Assembly (NCBI GenBank): GCA_030524675.1
Contig: JAUNGE010000004.1
Location: forward strand, 29,369 to 93,368
Length of the DNA: 64,000 nucleotides
Source: a bacterium
GTDB lineage: Bacteria; Bacillota; Clostridia; Lachnospirales; Lachnospiraceae
Reading direction: 5' to 3'
Part shown: in pieces, positions 29,366 through 38,246 of the stretch
Numbering within the stretch: the first letter of the stretch is position 1
Layout: the number at the start of each line of letters is the position of its first letter
Program-made: the position numbers and the translations under genes
Notes under the pieces: generated by a model
Told to the model about the DNA's origin: nothing
Database searches by the model: none
Seen by the model: only the letters and a program-made list of their open reading frames with translations

Positions 29366-29527
29366 GGGCCGCACAAGCCAGATGCAGTTCCAAACGGCAG
29401 CCCATTGGAAAACGCCAGCGCTTAGTGAGAAGCCTCACGAAGTGAGGGTTCGAGCTTAGCGTCTGCTGCGTTTTTCATTGGAGCGAGAGCGTGGTGCCGT
29501 TGGAATCCTGCTCTGGCAAAGCGGCCC
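29366..29527. repeat. long-hairpin element (about 160-bp imperfect palindrome)
   Basis: GGGCCGC...GCCAGATGCAG-TTCCAAACGGCA...CCATTGGAAAACGC pairs with GCGTTTTTCATTGG...TGCCGTTGGAA-TCCTGCTCTGGC...GCGGCCC. Homologous copy at 24629-24788. Confidence 0.75.
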
Positions 29528-29610
29528 ATAAATACACCAGCCCGCAAGCACACTAAGCTGTAGCACACTGGCCTTCAGACACATCGGCCTGTAGCATACC
29601 AGCCTGCGTT

Positions 29611-30939
29611 CTACGCCTGATACACAATCTTTCCCTCGCAGATGGTATACCGCACTTTTCCGTACAATTCTTCTCCGGTAAATGGAGAGTTGGTCGCCTT
29701 AGATGCATAGCCTCCAACCACCCATGTCTCCTCGGGTGCAAAAATCACAAGATCGGCGGCTGCGCCCTCGCGAATACCCTCATAGACAGTATGGTACAAT
29801 TCTGCCGGTTTTTTGCTCATTTTTTCCATCAGTTGCATCATACTCAGTTTTCCCGTGCGCACCAGGTGCGTCACGCACAGAGACAGCGCTGTCTCAAGCC
29901 CTGTGATACCGCTCGGCGCTGCAGGATATTCCGGTGTTCCTGTCAGACCTCTCTCTTTCTCCTCTTTGCTATGCGGCGCATGGTCCGTCGCCACCATATC
30001 AATCGTGCCGTCTGCCAGCGCAGCAATCAATGCCTCTCTGTCCTGCTCTGTCCGCAGCGGCGGATTCATCTTTGCCAAAGTTCCATGTTTCAGCACAGCA
30101 TCCTCTGTCAGCGTCAGATGATGCGGCGTCACTTCCGCCCAGACATCGGCGCCGAGAGATTTCGCCAGGCGCACCAGCTCCAGAGAAACAGCAGAGCTGA
30201 TATGCTGTACATTGACTCTCGCCCCAGTCCGCAGAGCGATCATACAATCTCTCGCCACTATGGATTCCTCCGCGATGGACGGAGACCCGACAATGCCAAG
30301 TTTCGCTGCCGCCTCTCCCTGGTTGATGCCATTATTGGTAATCAGGCGCGCATCTTCCTCATGCAGACTGATGGGCATATTCAGACGTTTCACCTGTTCC
30401 ATCGCCGCAAACAGAATCTTTGCATCCAGAATTGGGATGCCGTCATCCGTAAATCCAGCTGCTCCAGCTGCTTTCAAAGCGTCCATATCGGTCAGTTCCC
30501 GACCTGCCAAGCCTTTTGTCACGGCAGCTGCCTGCATCACATGAATCCCTGTCGTCTTTCCCTTTTCCAAAGCATACCGAAGCGTCTCCACATTGTCGAT
30601 GACAGGGGACGTGTTTGCCATACATACCACTCTCGTGAAACCACCCCTGGCAGCTGCCGCCGCACCGGTCAGAATGTCCTCCTTGTAGGTCAGTCCAGGG
30701 TCTCGGAAATGCACATGCACATCCATCAGACCTGGTGCCACCACCATACCAGCAGCATCAATCACCTGGACATTCGCCGCTTCTTGTGCATCTGCCGGAC
30801 TTTCCGCCTCAGACAACAGTTCTGTCCCACTTTCTCTTTTTATCACCTTTTTGATGGTTCCATCCTCCACCCAGACATCCGCCATTCCCTCGAATCCGCT
30901 CGCTGGGTCTGTCACCATACCATTTTTAATAATCAGCAT
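29611..30939 (-). CDS. pyrC: dihydroorotase (class I cyclic amidohydrolase)
   Basis: 442 aa with LMDVHVHFRDPG, NPPLR and ATDHAPH. No other pyr genes are adjacent. Confidence 0.8.
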   Translation of the reverse strand: MLIIKNGMVTDPASGFEGMADVWVEDGTIKKVIKRESGTELLSEAESPADAQEAANVQVIDAAGMVVAPGLMDVHVHFRDPGLTYKEDILTGAAAAARGGFTRVVCMANTSPVIDNVETLRYALEKGKTTGIHVMQAAAVTKGLAGRELTDMDALKAAGAAGFTDDGIPILDAKILFAAMEQVKRLNMPISLHEEDARLITNNGINQGEAAAKLGIVGSPSIAEESIVARDCMIALRTGARVNVQHISSAVSLELVRLAKSLGADVWAEVTPHHLTLTEDAVLKHGTLAKMNPPLRTEQDREALIAALADGTIDMVATDHAPHSKEEKERGLTGTPEYPAAPSGITGLETALSLCVTHLVRTGKLSMMQLMEKMSKKPAELYHTVYEGIREGAAADLVIFAPEETWVVGGYASKATNSPFTGEELYGKVRYTICEGKIVYQA

Positions 30940-30959
30940 AAAGCTTCCTCCAACTGCGC

Positions 30960-30995
30960 TCTCTCCCTGGCTTCGTCCGCCTAGCCAGGGAGAGA
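30960..30995. other. 13-bp perfect-stem intergenic hairpin without a U-tract
   Basis: TCTCTCCCTGGCT-N10-AGCCAGGGAGAGA, between the aldo/keto reductase stop and the pyrC ribosome-binding site. Confidence 0.6.
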
Positions 30996-31008
30996 AACTC
31001 GCCTTTCT

Positions 31009-32136
31009 TTATCGCAGTGCTTCCATGTCTGCCGTCACACGCTTCAAATCCTCGCGGATGGACAGATGCTGCGGACATGCCGCCTCACATTTTCCACACC
31101 GCACACAGTTCTTCGCCCACGCGCTCTCCTCGAAGTTATTAAAATAGTTCTTTCTTGCTCTCTCCTTATTCTGGTATACATGATATTCATTCCAGATTTT
31201 AAAGTTCTGCGGAATGTTCACCCCAGCCGGACATGGCATACAGTAACGACATGCAGTACAGCCATTCTGCACACGCGCGCGCAGATTCTCTGCTGTCTTT
31301 GCAATCAGCTTCTGCTCTTTCTCGCTCAACGGCTCAAATTCACCAAACGTTTTCAGGTTGTCTTTTACCTGATTCATGTCGGACATACCACTTAAAATCA
31401 CCTTTACATTTGAGAATGTGCCGACAAATCGCATTGCCCAGGAAGCGATGCTCGCATCCGGCCGCTCTGCCTTCAGAGCACCAGCAATCTCCTCCGGAAG
31501 CGCCGCCAGCATGCCGCCCTTCACCGGCTCCATAATCACCATCGGAATTCCCAGCTCTTCAGCCAGATGGTATCCTCGAAGTCCTGCCTGCTCTTCCGTA
31601 TCCATGTAGTTGAACTGAATCTGACAGAAATCCCAGTCATACGCATGAATCATCTCGTCAAACACTTCATATTTATCATGGAAGGAAAAGCCCAGATAGC
31701 GGATTTTTCCTTGTCTCTTCATTTCCTCCAGATATGGAATCACATTCAGCTTCTTCACCAGTTCCCAGCGCTCACGGCTCATGGCATGCAGAAGGTAAAA
31801 ATCCACATAATCCTTGTGCAGGCGCTCCAACTGCTCCGCAAAGATGGTCTTCGCATCCTCCAGTGTCTGCAGTTTCCATATTGGAAGCTTAGTTGCCAGA
31901 TAGTAGGAATTTCTGTCATACTTGTCCAGCACGCGGCCCACAAACGGCTCACTGTCGCCATTGTGATAAGGATATGCAGTATCAATGTAATTTACTCCGG
32001 ACTTTATCGCCAGATCAATCATCTCCTCTGCCTGCGCCTCATCGATTTTTCCCTCCGCTGTCAACGGAAAACGCATACATCCAAATCCCAGCAGCGAAGT
32101 CTCTACATTCAGTTTTTCAAATTTTCTCTTTTCCAT
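31009..32136 (-). CDS. aldo/keto reductase with a C-terminal 4Fe-4S ferredoxin-like domain
   Basis: 375 aa. AKR N-terminus (LGFGCMRFP...IDTAYPYHNGDSE) plus Cys clusters CTACRYCMPCP and CVRCGKCEAACP. Confidence 0.8.
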   Translation of the reverse strand: MEKRKFEKLNVETSLLGFGCMRFPLTAEGKIDEAQAEEMIDLAIKSGVNYIDTAYPYHNGDSEPFVGRVLDKYDRNSYYLATKLPIWKLQTLEDAKTIFAEQLERLHKDYVDFYLLHAMSRERWELVKKLNVIPYLEEMKRQGKIRYLGFSFHDKYEVFDEMIHAYDWDFCQIQFNYMDTEEQAGLRGYHLAEELGIPMVIMEPVKGGMLAALPEEIAGALKAERPDASIASWAMRFVGTFSNVKVILSGMSDMNQVKDNLKTFGEFEPLSEKEQKLIAKTAENLRARVQNGCTACRYCMPCPAGVNIPQNFKIWNEYHVYQNKERARKNYFNNFEESAWAKNCVRCGKCEAACPQHLSIREDLKRVTADMEALR

Positions 32137-32230
32137 CTGTCAAAACTCCTTTCTTCCATTCACCTTGACACACATTTTTATATACCTCTTGATACATCTC
32201 TTTCTATACATCCTGGCATATGTTTTTTGC

Positions 32231-33181
32231 TCATGCCCGTGCTTTTGTATCCGGTGTGGGCCGATTTACAATGCAGATTCCCGCACACACGAGAAACAGC
32301 GCCGTAATACCCCGAATACCAAACGCCTCGCTGCTCTCCCCCAAAAGCCAGGCGGAAAACAGCACGCCAAACATAGGATTCATAAATCCAAACATGGCTA
32401 CTTTGGAAACCGGATTGTATTTCAGCAAAATTCCCCACAGGGAATAAGCAACCGCAGATAAAAATGCCAAGTATAAAAGCACTCCGAAGGCGGGCAAGCT
32501 GTCCAAAACCAAACGCCCGCCCATACACCAGCCGCACAGAATCATCACCAGGCCGCCCACAAAAAACTGCCATCCAGATAAAGTCACAGGATTCTCCTGC
32601 TGAGAGAAACTTTTAATCATGGAGGAAGAGACCGCATAGGAAACCGCAGAGAGCACAAGAGCTCCTTCTCCGCTCATAGACATGCTCATATCAATTCCGC
32701 CGCCGTTTAAATTAATCAGAACAACACCGGCAAATCCCACTGCGCAGCCGAACAGCTTTCTTGCATTTAAAGTCTCCTGCTTAAAAATCAAACTGGAAAT
32801 CAAAATCGCAAAAAACACATTGGATGCACCGATGATGGACCCCTTCACGCCCGCTGTGTGCGCCACGCCAATATAGAAAAATAAGTACTGAATAATGGTC
32901 TGAAACAGGGAGAGTTTCAAGACCATGGGAAAAGTCTGCCTGCTTGGAAGCAGAATCTTTCTGTTTAACAGGCTTCCGATGAGAATTGTCAAAAGTCCCG
33001 CCATCGCAAACCGGCATCCGGCAAACAAAATCTGTGACGCCGTGTCCGCCGTATCCACCGAAACCAGCCGATATCCGATTTTAATCATCGGAAACGCACT
33101 GCCCCAGAGTGCGCAGCATATCATCGCGAGAAACCATACTACGATTGTTTTTGTGAGAACTATCTCCTTTTGTGTGTTCAT
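32231..33181 (-). CDS. EamA/DMT-family transporter
   Basis: 316 aa, about 10 predicted TM helices in two repeated halves. Confidence 0.75.
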   Translation of the reverse strand: MNTQKEIVLTKTIVVWFLAMICCALWGSAFPMIKIGYRLVSVDTADTASQILFAGCRFAMAGLLTILIGSLLNRKILLPSRQTFPMVLKLSLFQTIIQYLFFYIGVAHTAGVKGSIIGASNVFFAILISSLIFKQETLNARKLFGCAVGFAGVVLINLNGGGIDMSMSMSGEGALVLSAVSYAVSSSMIKSFSQQENPVTLSGWQFFVGGLVMILCGWCMGGRLVLDSLPAFGVLLYLAFLSAVAYSLWGILLKYNPVSKVAMFGFMNPMFGVLFSAWLLGESSEAFGIRGITALFLVCAGICIVNRPTPDTKARA

Positions 33182-33383
33182 GTCCGCTGAACCTGTCCTC
33201 CATTCCTATCATCTTTTGTATCTTAGTTTAGTATAAAAAAGATGCCGCAAAAAGTCAAACCCTCTGAAGCATTTGTTTATGGTCGATCGAACATACTTCC
33301 TGTGCCAGCAAAGTATTTCTGATCCTCATCGATACTAACACAGATTCTGTTTCTTGTAAAGATATGCAAACTGTACGCGATTC

Positions 33384-33433
33384 AGACAAAAATGCTGCAG
33401 AAAAGCGAATTTCTTCCACTCTTCTGCAGCATT
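33384..33433 (-). terminator. rho-independent terminator at the end of the PTS operon
   Basis: In the minus sense: AATGCTGCAGAA-loop-TTCTGCAGCATT followed by TTTTGT. Confidence 0.65.
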
Positions 33434-33475
33434 CCTACTGTCTGCCCCACGTATCGCACGTATCAGCACGGCTTT

Positions 33476-33979
33476 TTATGATTTTTTGCTATTTTTTGAG
33501 ACGACCTCCTGTACCGCATAGCACAGCTTTTTGAGAGCATCATTCAGGCCGGCTTCTCCTTTTTTCGGTGTTGTGATAATAGTAATTTTTTTATCGTACT
33601 TCTCTATGATATCTTTATTCTCTGCCGCCATGGCCGCCAGCGCAGGAACCCCTGTTTTCTGCCAAATCTCGTCCGCCACCTCTGCGCACATTTTGCTGTA
33701 CTCTGAATAGTTAAAAGAAGGACCGCAGATAACGGCGTCTGCGCCAACTTTCTGCACCATCGCACACAGTTTTCGTCTCACCTCATCCGGCTCCAGCGCA
33801 TAGGTGCCGGTTCCGCAGCTCAGACACGCAATCACCTTTGCATCAATCTCTTTTAAATACGGCTTCATCATCAGCGCAGGTCCAATCACTTCTCTGCTCG
33901 CCCCAAGCGGCACCATTCTGTCGTCTTTCGTTCCAAGCCCTGCCTGCACCTGGTCATAAATCATAATCAGTTTTATCAT
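33476..33979 (-). CDS. small protein resembling the N-terminal domain of glycine/betaine/sarcosine reductase component B (GrdB)
   Basis: 167 aa. The pattern IMIYDQVQAGLGTKDD...GPALMM...CGTG...DAVICGPSFNYSEYSKMCAEVA...TGVPALAAMAAEN...ITIITTPKKGEAGLNDALKKL matches my recollection of the GrdB N-terminus. TAA stop, no in-frame TGA. Confidence 0.55.
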   Translation of the reverse strand: MIKLIMIYDQVQAGLGTKDDRMVPLGASREVIGPALMMKPYLKEIDAKVIACLSCGTGTYALEPDEVRRKLCAMVQKVGADAVICGPSFNYSEYSKMCAEVADEIWQKTGVPALAAMAAENKDIIEKYDKKITIITTPKKGEAGLNDALKKLCYAVQEVVSKNSKKS

Positions 33980-34323
33980 GCCTGCTCCTTTCCGCTTTCT
34001 ATCTTCCTCTCCAGCGCATCCATCTGACGGTAGACTTCAATCAGCTCTGTCGCAATAATCTGAAATCCTTCCGCGCTCATCAGCTGGTCCTCGGCGTGGA
34101 CCAGAATCAAGGAACCACCCACCTGCTCCCCTTTTGCTTCTTTCTGGAGCAGTTCAAAGTGCGCCTCATGTCCGGCCAGAAACTGTTTTTTTCCGGCCTC
34201 CATACATTCTCTCGCGCCGTCATAATCGCCCTGCTTCGCTGCATGCACTGCCTCCACATAGCTGGAGCGCGCCAACCCTACATTCGATATAATCTGAAAA
34301 CAAATTCGTTCTAATTCTCCCAT
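33976..34323 (-). CDS. PTS lactose/cellobiose-family EIIA component
   Basis: 115 aa, helical, with ARSSYVEAVHAAKQGDYDGA and LILVHAEDQLM. Four-nt overlap with the downstream gene. Confidence 0.85.
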   Translation of the reverse strand: MGELERICFQIISNVGLARSSYVEAVHAAKQGDYDGARECMEAGKKQFLAGHEAHFELLQKEAKGEQVGGSLILVHAEDQLMSAEGFQIIATELIEVYRQMDALERKIESGKEQA

Positions 34324-34393
34324 TTTTTCTCCATTCTTCTTGTACTGGCCTGTTCTGCTGCACCTGTTAAAACCATGTTTGTCCTATCCAGCA

Positions 34394-35719
34394 TTATAGA
34401 TCGTCAAAGGACAAATCATCCAGCGAGATGTCATCCTCGTCGCTTCCTAAGGATTCGCCTTCTTTCAGGTACTGTTTATCTATCATCTTCACAAATGGCA
34501 GATAGATAAACACACCGATGACAAGAAGAATCAGCTGGAGCAGTGCGCCGCGCCATCCGGTTGTCAGGAATCCTGAAATCACGACTGGAGTGGTCCACGG
34601 CATCTGCACGCCGCTGCAAAACGGCACCAGCCCGCTCTTCATGGAGAAATAGCTGATTACAATATTGACAAGCGGCGTCAGAATAAACGGAACCAGAATC
34701 GTCGGGTTCAACACAATCGGAAGGCCGAATACAATCGGTTCATTGATGCCGAAAAACGCCGGCACAAACGAAATCTTGCTCAAATCTTTGATACGTTTTG
34801 ACTTACATACCAGAATCATAGCAATCAACATGGACAGTGTGGAACCGCAGCCGCCAAATGTGGTAAACAAATCATAAAACTGCTGGTTGACTACGTTCGG
34901 AAGTGGAAGCCCTGCCTGCAGTGCATTCAGATTCTCGATAGACAGAGGTGTCAAAATCGGCTGCATGATGCTTCCCACAATGGAGCCGCCGTTGATTCCG
35001 AAGAACCAGAACAAATGCTGAAACGTCATGGCTATGAGGACTGCTCCAAGGGTATTTCCCAGAGAGAGCAGCGGCCTCTGTAAGAAACGGAACACAAAAT
35101 CAAATGCATTGCCATATGGAGTCAGCGCAAACAGCACATTTATCAGGAAAAATACCAGAAGGACAATTCCAGAAGGAATCAGTGCTGCAAAGGATTTTGT
35201 GACAGTCGGCGGCACGCCTGCCGGCATTTTGATAACCCAGCCTTTTTTCGTCACCCATGCATAGATATGAATAGCCAAAAATGTACAGATAATACCTACG
35301 AAGATACCTCTGGAGCCAACCCATCCCAGCGGGATACCCGTCACAACCACATCTCCCTGTGTAATCTGATATGGCATCAAAATAAACCAGGATACCAGAC
35401 CGACGGCTGCTGCCGCCAGACGGTCCACCTTCAGCTGGTCGGCAAAGGAATATCCAATGCCGATAACCGCCAGAATTGCCATGATATCAAACGTCGCACT
35501 GGTCGGTTTGGACATGTAGGAAGTCCAGTTCTCCCCAAAAAATCTCGCCCAGAACTCTGTCCAGTTCGGAATCGGGAAATTCGCAATCAACAGGAAGAAC
35601 GAACCGATAATCAGAAGCGGCGTTGACAGCAGAAAGCCGTCACGAATCGCAATCAGATATTTATTCTTTCCTATTTTTTCTGCCAGAGGCATAAAAAAGG
35701 ATTCCATTTTACTTAACAT
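34394..35719 (-). CDS. PTS cellobiose/lichenan-family EIIC permease
   Basis: 441-aa polytopic ORF with FFGINGGSIV and FFGINEPIVFGLPIVLNP motifs and an acidic C-terminal tail. Confidence 0.85.
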   Translation of the reverse strand: MLSKMESFFMPLAEKIGKNKYLIAIRDGFLLSTPLLIIGSFFLLIANFPIPNWTEFWARFFGENWTSYMSKPTSATFDIMAILAVIGIGYSFADQLKVDRLAAAAVGLVSWFILMPYQITQGDVVVTGIPLGWVGSRGIFVGIICTFLAIHIYAWVTKKGWVIKMPAGVPPTVTKSFAALIPSGIVLLVFFLINVLFALTPYGNAFDFVFRFLQRPLLSLGNTLGAVLIAMTFQHLFWFFGINGGSIVGSIMQPILTPLSIENLNALQAGLPLPNVVNQQFYDLFTTFGGCGSTLSMLIAMILVCKSKRIKDLSKISFVPAFFGINEPIVFGLPIVLNPTILVPFILTPLVNIVISYFSMKSGLVPFCSGVQMPWTTPVVISGFLTTGWRGALLQLILLVIGVFIYLPFVKMIDKQYLKEGESLGSDEDDISLDDLSFDDL

Positions 35720-35733
35720 ATACCATCCTCCGT

Positions 35734-36051
35734 CTATTTTGCTTTTATCATCTTAATTGCTGTCTTCAACACTTTTTCCCCGTTCATCATTCCATAATCT
35801 CCCGCATCAATCACCGCAATCGGGATTCCTGTATTTGCGTATTCCTTTGCAATATCATTGTAGCGGAACTTAATCTGTGGTCCCAGAAGAATCACATCCG
35901 GATGATACTCTGCCACAATCTCCCCAATCTTTCCATCCGGAAACGCCTGGACCTCGATTGGCAGATTATACTTATTTGCTGCATCCTGCATACTGCTCGC
36001 CAACATACTGGTTGACATTCCAGCACTGCAAAATAAATACACTCGTTTCAT
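35734..36051 (-). CDS. PTS lactose/cellobiose-family EIIB component
   Basis: Start moved to MKRVYLFCSAGMSTSML (active-site Cys) after GAGGAGGAAAG. Confidence 0.85.
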   Translation of the reverse strand: MKRVYLFCSAGMSTSMLASSMQDAANKYNLPIEVQAFPDGKIGEIVAEYHPDVILLGPQIKFRYNDIAKEYANTGIPIAVIDAGDYGMMNGEKVLKTAIKMIKAK

Positions 36052-36083
36052 AAAAACTTTCCTCCTCATCTATTGATATTGTC

Positions 36084-36129
36084 ATTATAAACTGAACTTT
36101 CATGCAATCACAGTAAACCGATTTCCTAG
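36084..36129 (-). promoter_or_regulatory. conserved 29-nt motif (36101-36129) plus TATAAT (36084-36089): candidate activator-dependent promoter of the PTS operon
   Basis: In the minus sense: CTAGGAAATCGGTTTACTGTGATTGCATG, 12 nt, TATAAT. 21/29 identical to the motif at 39529-39557, with the same geometry. Confidence 0.45.
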
Positions 36130-36192
36130 CCCTCCGGAAACATCAAAGGTACTGAAAGTCCCATCAACTTTCATTTATAACGCGATTCCCTG

Positions 36193-38136
36193 TCAATCCA
36201 TAATCCGGTCCATAAACTGTTCATAGCTGCACGGCACACAGAGCTTTGCCAGCGCGTCTGTGTGGCTCACCAAATCCGACACCCAGTCAAAAAAGATTTT
36301 AATCATTCCCTGGTCCTCCTCGTTGACTGCAAACAGCATCACCAACTTCACATCAAATCTGCCCCACTTCACAGGATGTTTCAGCTGTGCCACCGCGATA
36401 GTGGATATCTTTGCCAGCGTCCCCAGCGCATGTGGAATCGCAAAGGTATCTACGAAGGATGTCGGCGACATCTCCTCCCGTTTTAGCACCACATCACAGA
36501 ACGATTCCTCCACAATGCCCCGCTCCTGCAGCCCTCGACACAGAAAACGGATGATTTCCTCCGGAGAATCGCACTCCAGATTTTCATAATAGTGCTCTTT
36601 TCGGATTAAATTTCCAATATTTGCCGTAAATTCCAGATGGAAGCGCTTTTTATCCAATCGGTTTAATGCTTTTAAAATGTTTGCCTCTGTGTCAAAATCC
36701 ACAAACAGATTGATTGCCACGGTCGGAATCGCCAGAGAATGTGTTACCGGAAATGTCGTCAAAATCAGGTCCGGCTCCATCTCGCATATCGCCTTCTCCT
36801 CAAAATAATGCATGGTTGCTACCAGTTCCATTCTCTCCCGAAACATCTCTGAGATTTTCGCCGCGCAGACCTGAGAGAAAGACTGATTGTAAGGAAGAAT
36901 CATCACTGCTCTGTATCGCCGCTTTCCGTTCATCCTCTCGCTCGCCGCTCCCAGATGCAGTGCAATAAATCCACTCTCCGTGTCCGAAATATCTGCCCCG
37001 AGCCGTTTCCCCAAAAACTCGGTAATATAGATTCCCATCTCGAACACCATTGGATACTTGCGCTTGATTTCTTCCAAGAATACATCATCCAGCCTCAGAT
37101 GTTTTTTCTCCCGCTCAATCAAGGCATGAAAATGCATCTTCAGCCCTGCAATCAAATCCACATCGTCGCGAAAATCAATGCCAAACACCCCATAAATCTC
37201 ATCCAGAACTTCTCCTGCCAGCTTTCGCGTGTTCATCCACGTCCCATAATAATTGACAAAATCCCCTGTATAATTGGAAGCACGCCGCCCCATAATCACC
37301 ATGGCAAACAGCGCAATCTCACTCTGCACGGCCTTGATATGCAGCCGCTCTGATATACGCTTGAAAAAATCAGAAGAAATCTGGTACTCAATCGTCTCCT
37401 CCAGATTGTCCCCCTGCTCTGTCACACTGATATAATTAGAATGCATCATCCGCTCAATGCTCGTTCCAGCATGAAGAATCAGCATCGGGAGCATGGACTC
37501 GTGGATGGAATACTCGTACTCTTTCAGCACGGACAGAAAAATATTTTTCACTTCCAGCAGGTCAAATGCTGGGTACAGAGCTGCCAACTCATTCAGATTC
37601 AGAAAATTTTTCTGGATTTCCGCCACCAGAAGATCCTTATAAAATTTCCGCTTGCTCAACTCATCCCCCTGTAAGGAGATGCACTCATGACTGCGCACCA
37701 GCTTCAGGGTAGGATACGGCTCCAGCATCTTTCGGATGCGTTTCAAATCATGGTCGATTGAAAAGCCGCTGACATAAATCTGGCTCTGCAGCATTACAAG
37801 ATTCAGCTCTTTGACCTCAAACATCAGCTTCTGGATAATATACACACATCTCGCTTCTGCCGTCTGCGGAATCTTTGTCTCCCGTTTTTCTATTTTTATC
37901 TTCTCTGCCTTCTCGGACACGACCTTGCCCTTTCCAGGAATCAGGCGGTATCCGCTCTGTACATTGGACTCAATAATCGGTTCCCCGTATCGTCCATTGA
38001 GCGCACGAATGTCGGAACGGATTGTCCTGTCTGACACCTGGAAAAATGCCGCCAGCTGTCTGCTTGTCATCCACTCTCCCCGCTCTGCCAGAAGCGAAAG
38101 AATCCGCCTCTGACGTCTATTCTCCGTAGCAGTCAT
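36193..38136 (-). CDS. PRD-domain transcriptional regulator (LicR/MtlR-type: HTH - PRD - PRD - EIIB-like - EIIA-like)
   Basis: 647 aa. N-terminal HTH RRILSLLAERGEWMTSRQLAAFFQVSDRTIRSDIRALN and a C-terminal EIIA-like domain with FAIPHA. Confidence 0.8.
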   Translation of the reverse strand: MTATENRRQRRILSLLAERGEWMTSRQLAAFFQVSDRTIRSDIRALNGRYGEPIIESNVQSGYRLIPGKGKVVSEKAEKIKIEKRETKIPQTAEARCVYIIQKLMFEVKELNLVMLQSQIYVSGFSIDHDLKRIRKMLEPYPTLKLVRSHECISLQGDELSKRKFYKDLLVAEIQKNFLNLNELAALYPAFDLLEVKNIFLSVLKEYEYSIHESMLPMLILHAGTSIERMMHSNYISVTEQGDNLEETIEYQISSDFFKRISERLHIKAVQSEIALFAMVIMGRRASNYTGDFVNYYGTWMNTRKLAGEVLDEIYGVFGIDFRDDVDLIAGLKMHFHALIEREKKHLRLDDVFLEEIKRKYPMVFEMGIYITEFLGKRLGADISDTESGFIALHLGAASERMNGKRRYRAVMILPYNQSFSQVCAAKISEMFRERMELVATMHYFEEKAICEMEPDLILTTFPVTHSLAIPTVAINLFVDFDTEANILKALNRLDKKRFHLEFTANIGNLIRKEHYYENLECDSPEEIIRFLCRGLQERGIVEESFCDVVLKREEMSPTSFVDTFAIPHALGTLAKISTIAVAQLKHPVKWGRFDVKLVMLFAVNEEDQGMIKIFFDWVSDLVSHTDALAKLCVPCSYEQFMDRIMD

Positions 38137-38246
38137 ATCTTCTTACTCCTTAGTATGTCCGTTTTTATGTCTGTCCATCTATTTTTACCCCAACATTCCC
38201 GACGGTCTGCCTGTTTCTGAACCCATTCTTGGACCTATTCTTGCAT

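Noticed and set aside
29791-30984. 397-aa plus-strand ORF
   Set aside because: It lies entirely antisense to the well-supported dihydroorotase gene. The translation is Arg/His/Cys/Ser-rich with no recognisable motif. It is a typical shadow ORF of a GC-balanced gene.
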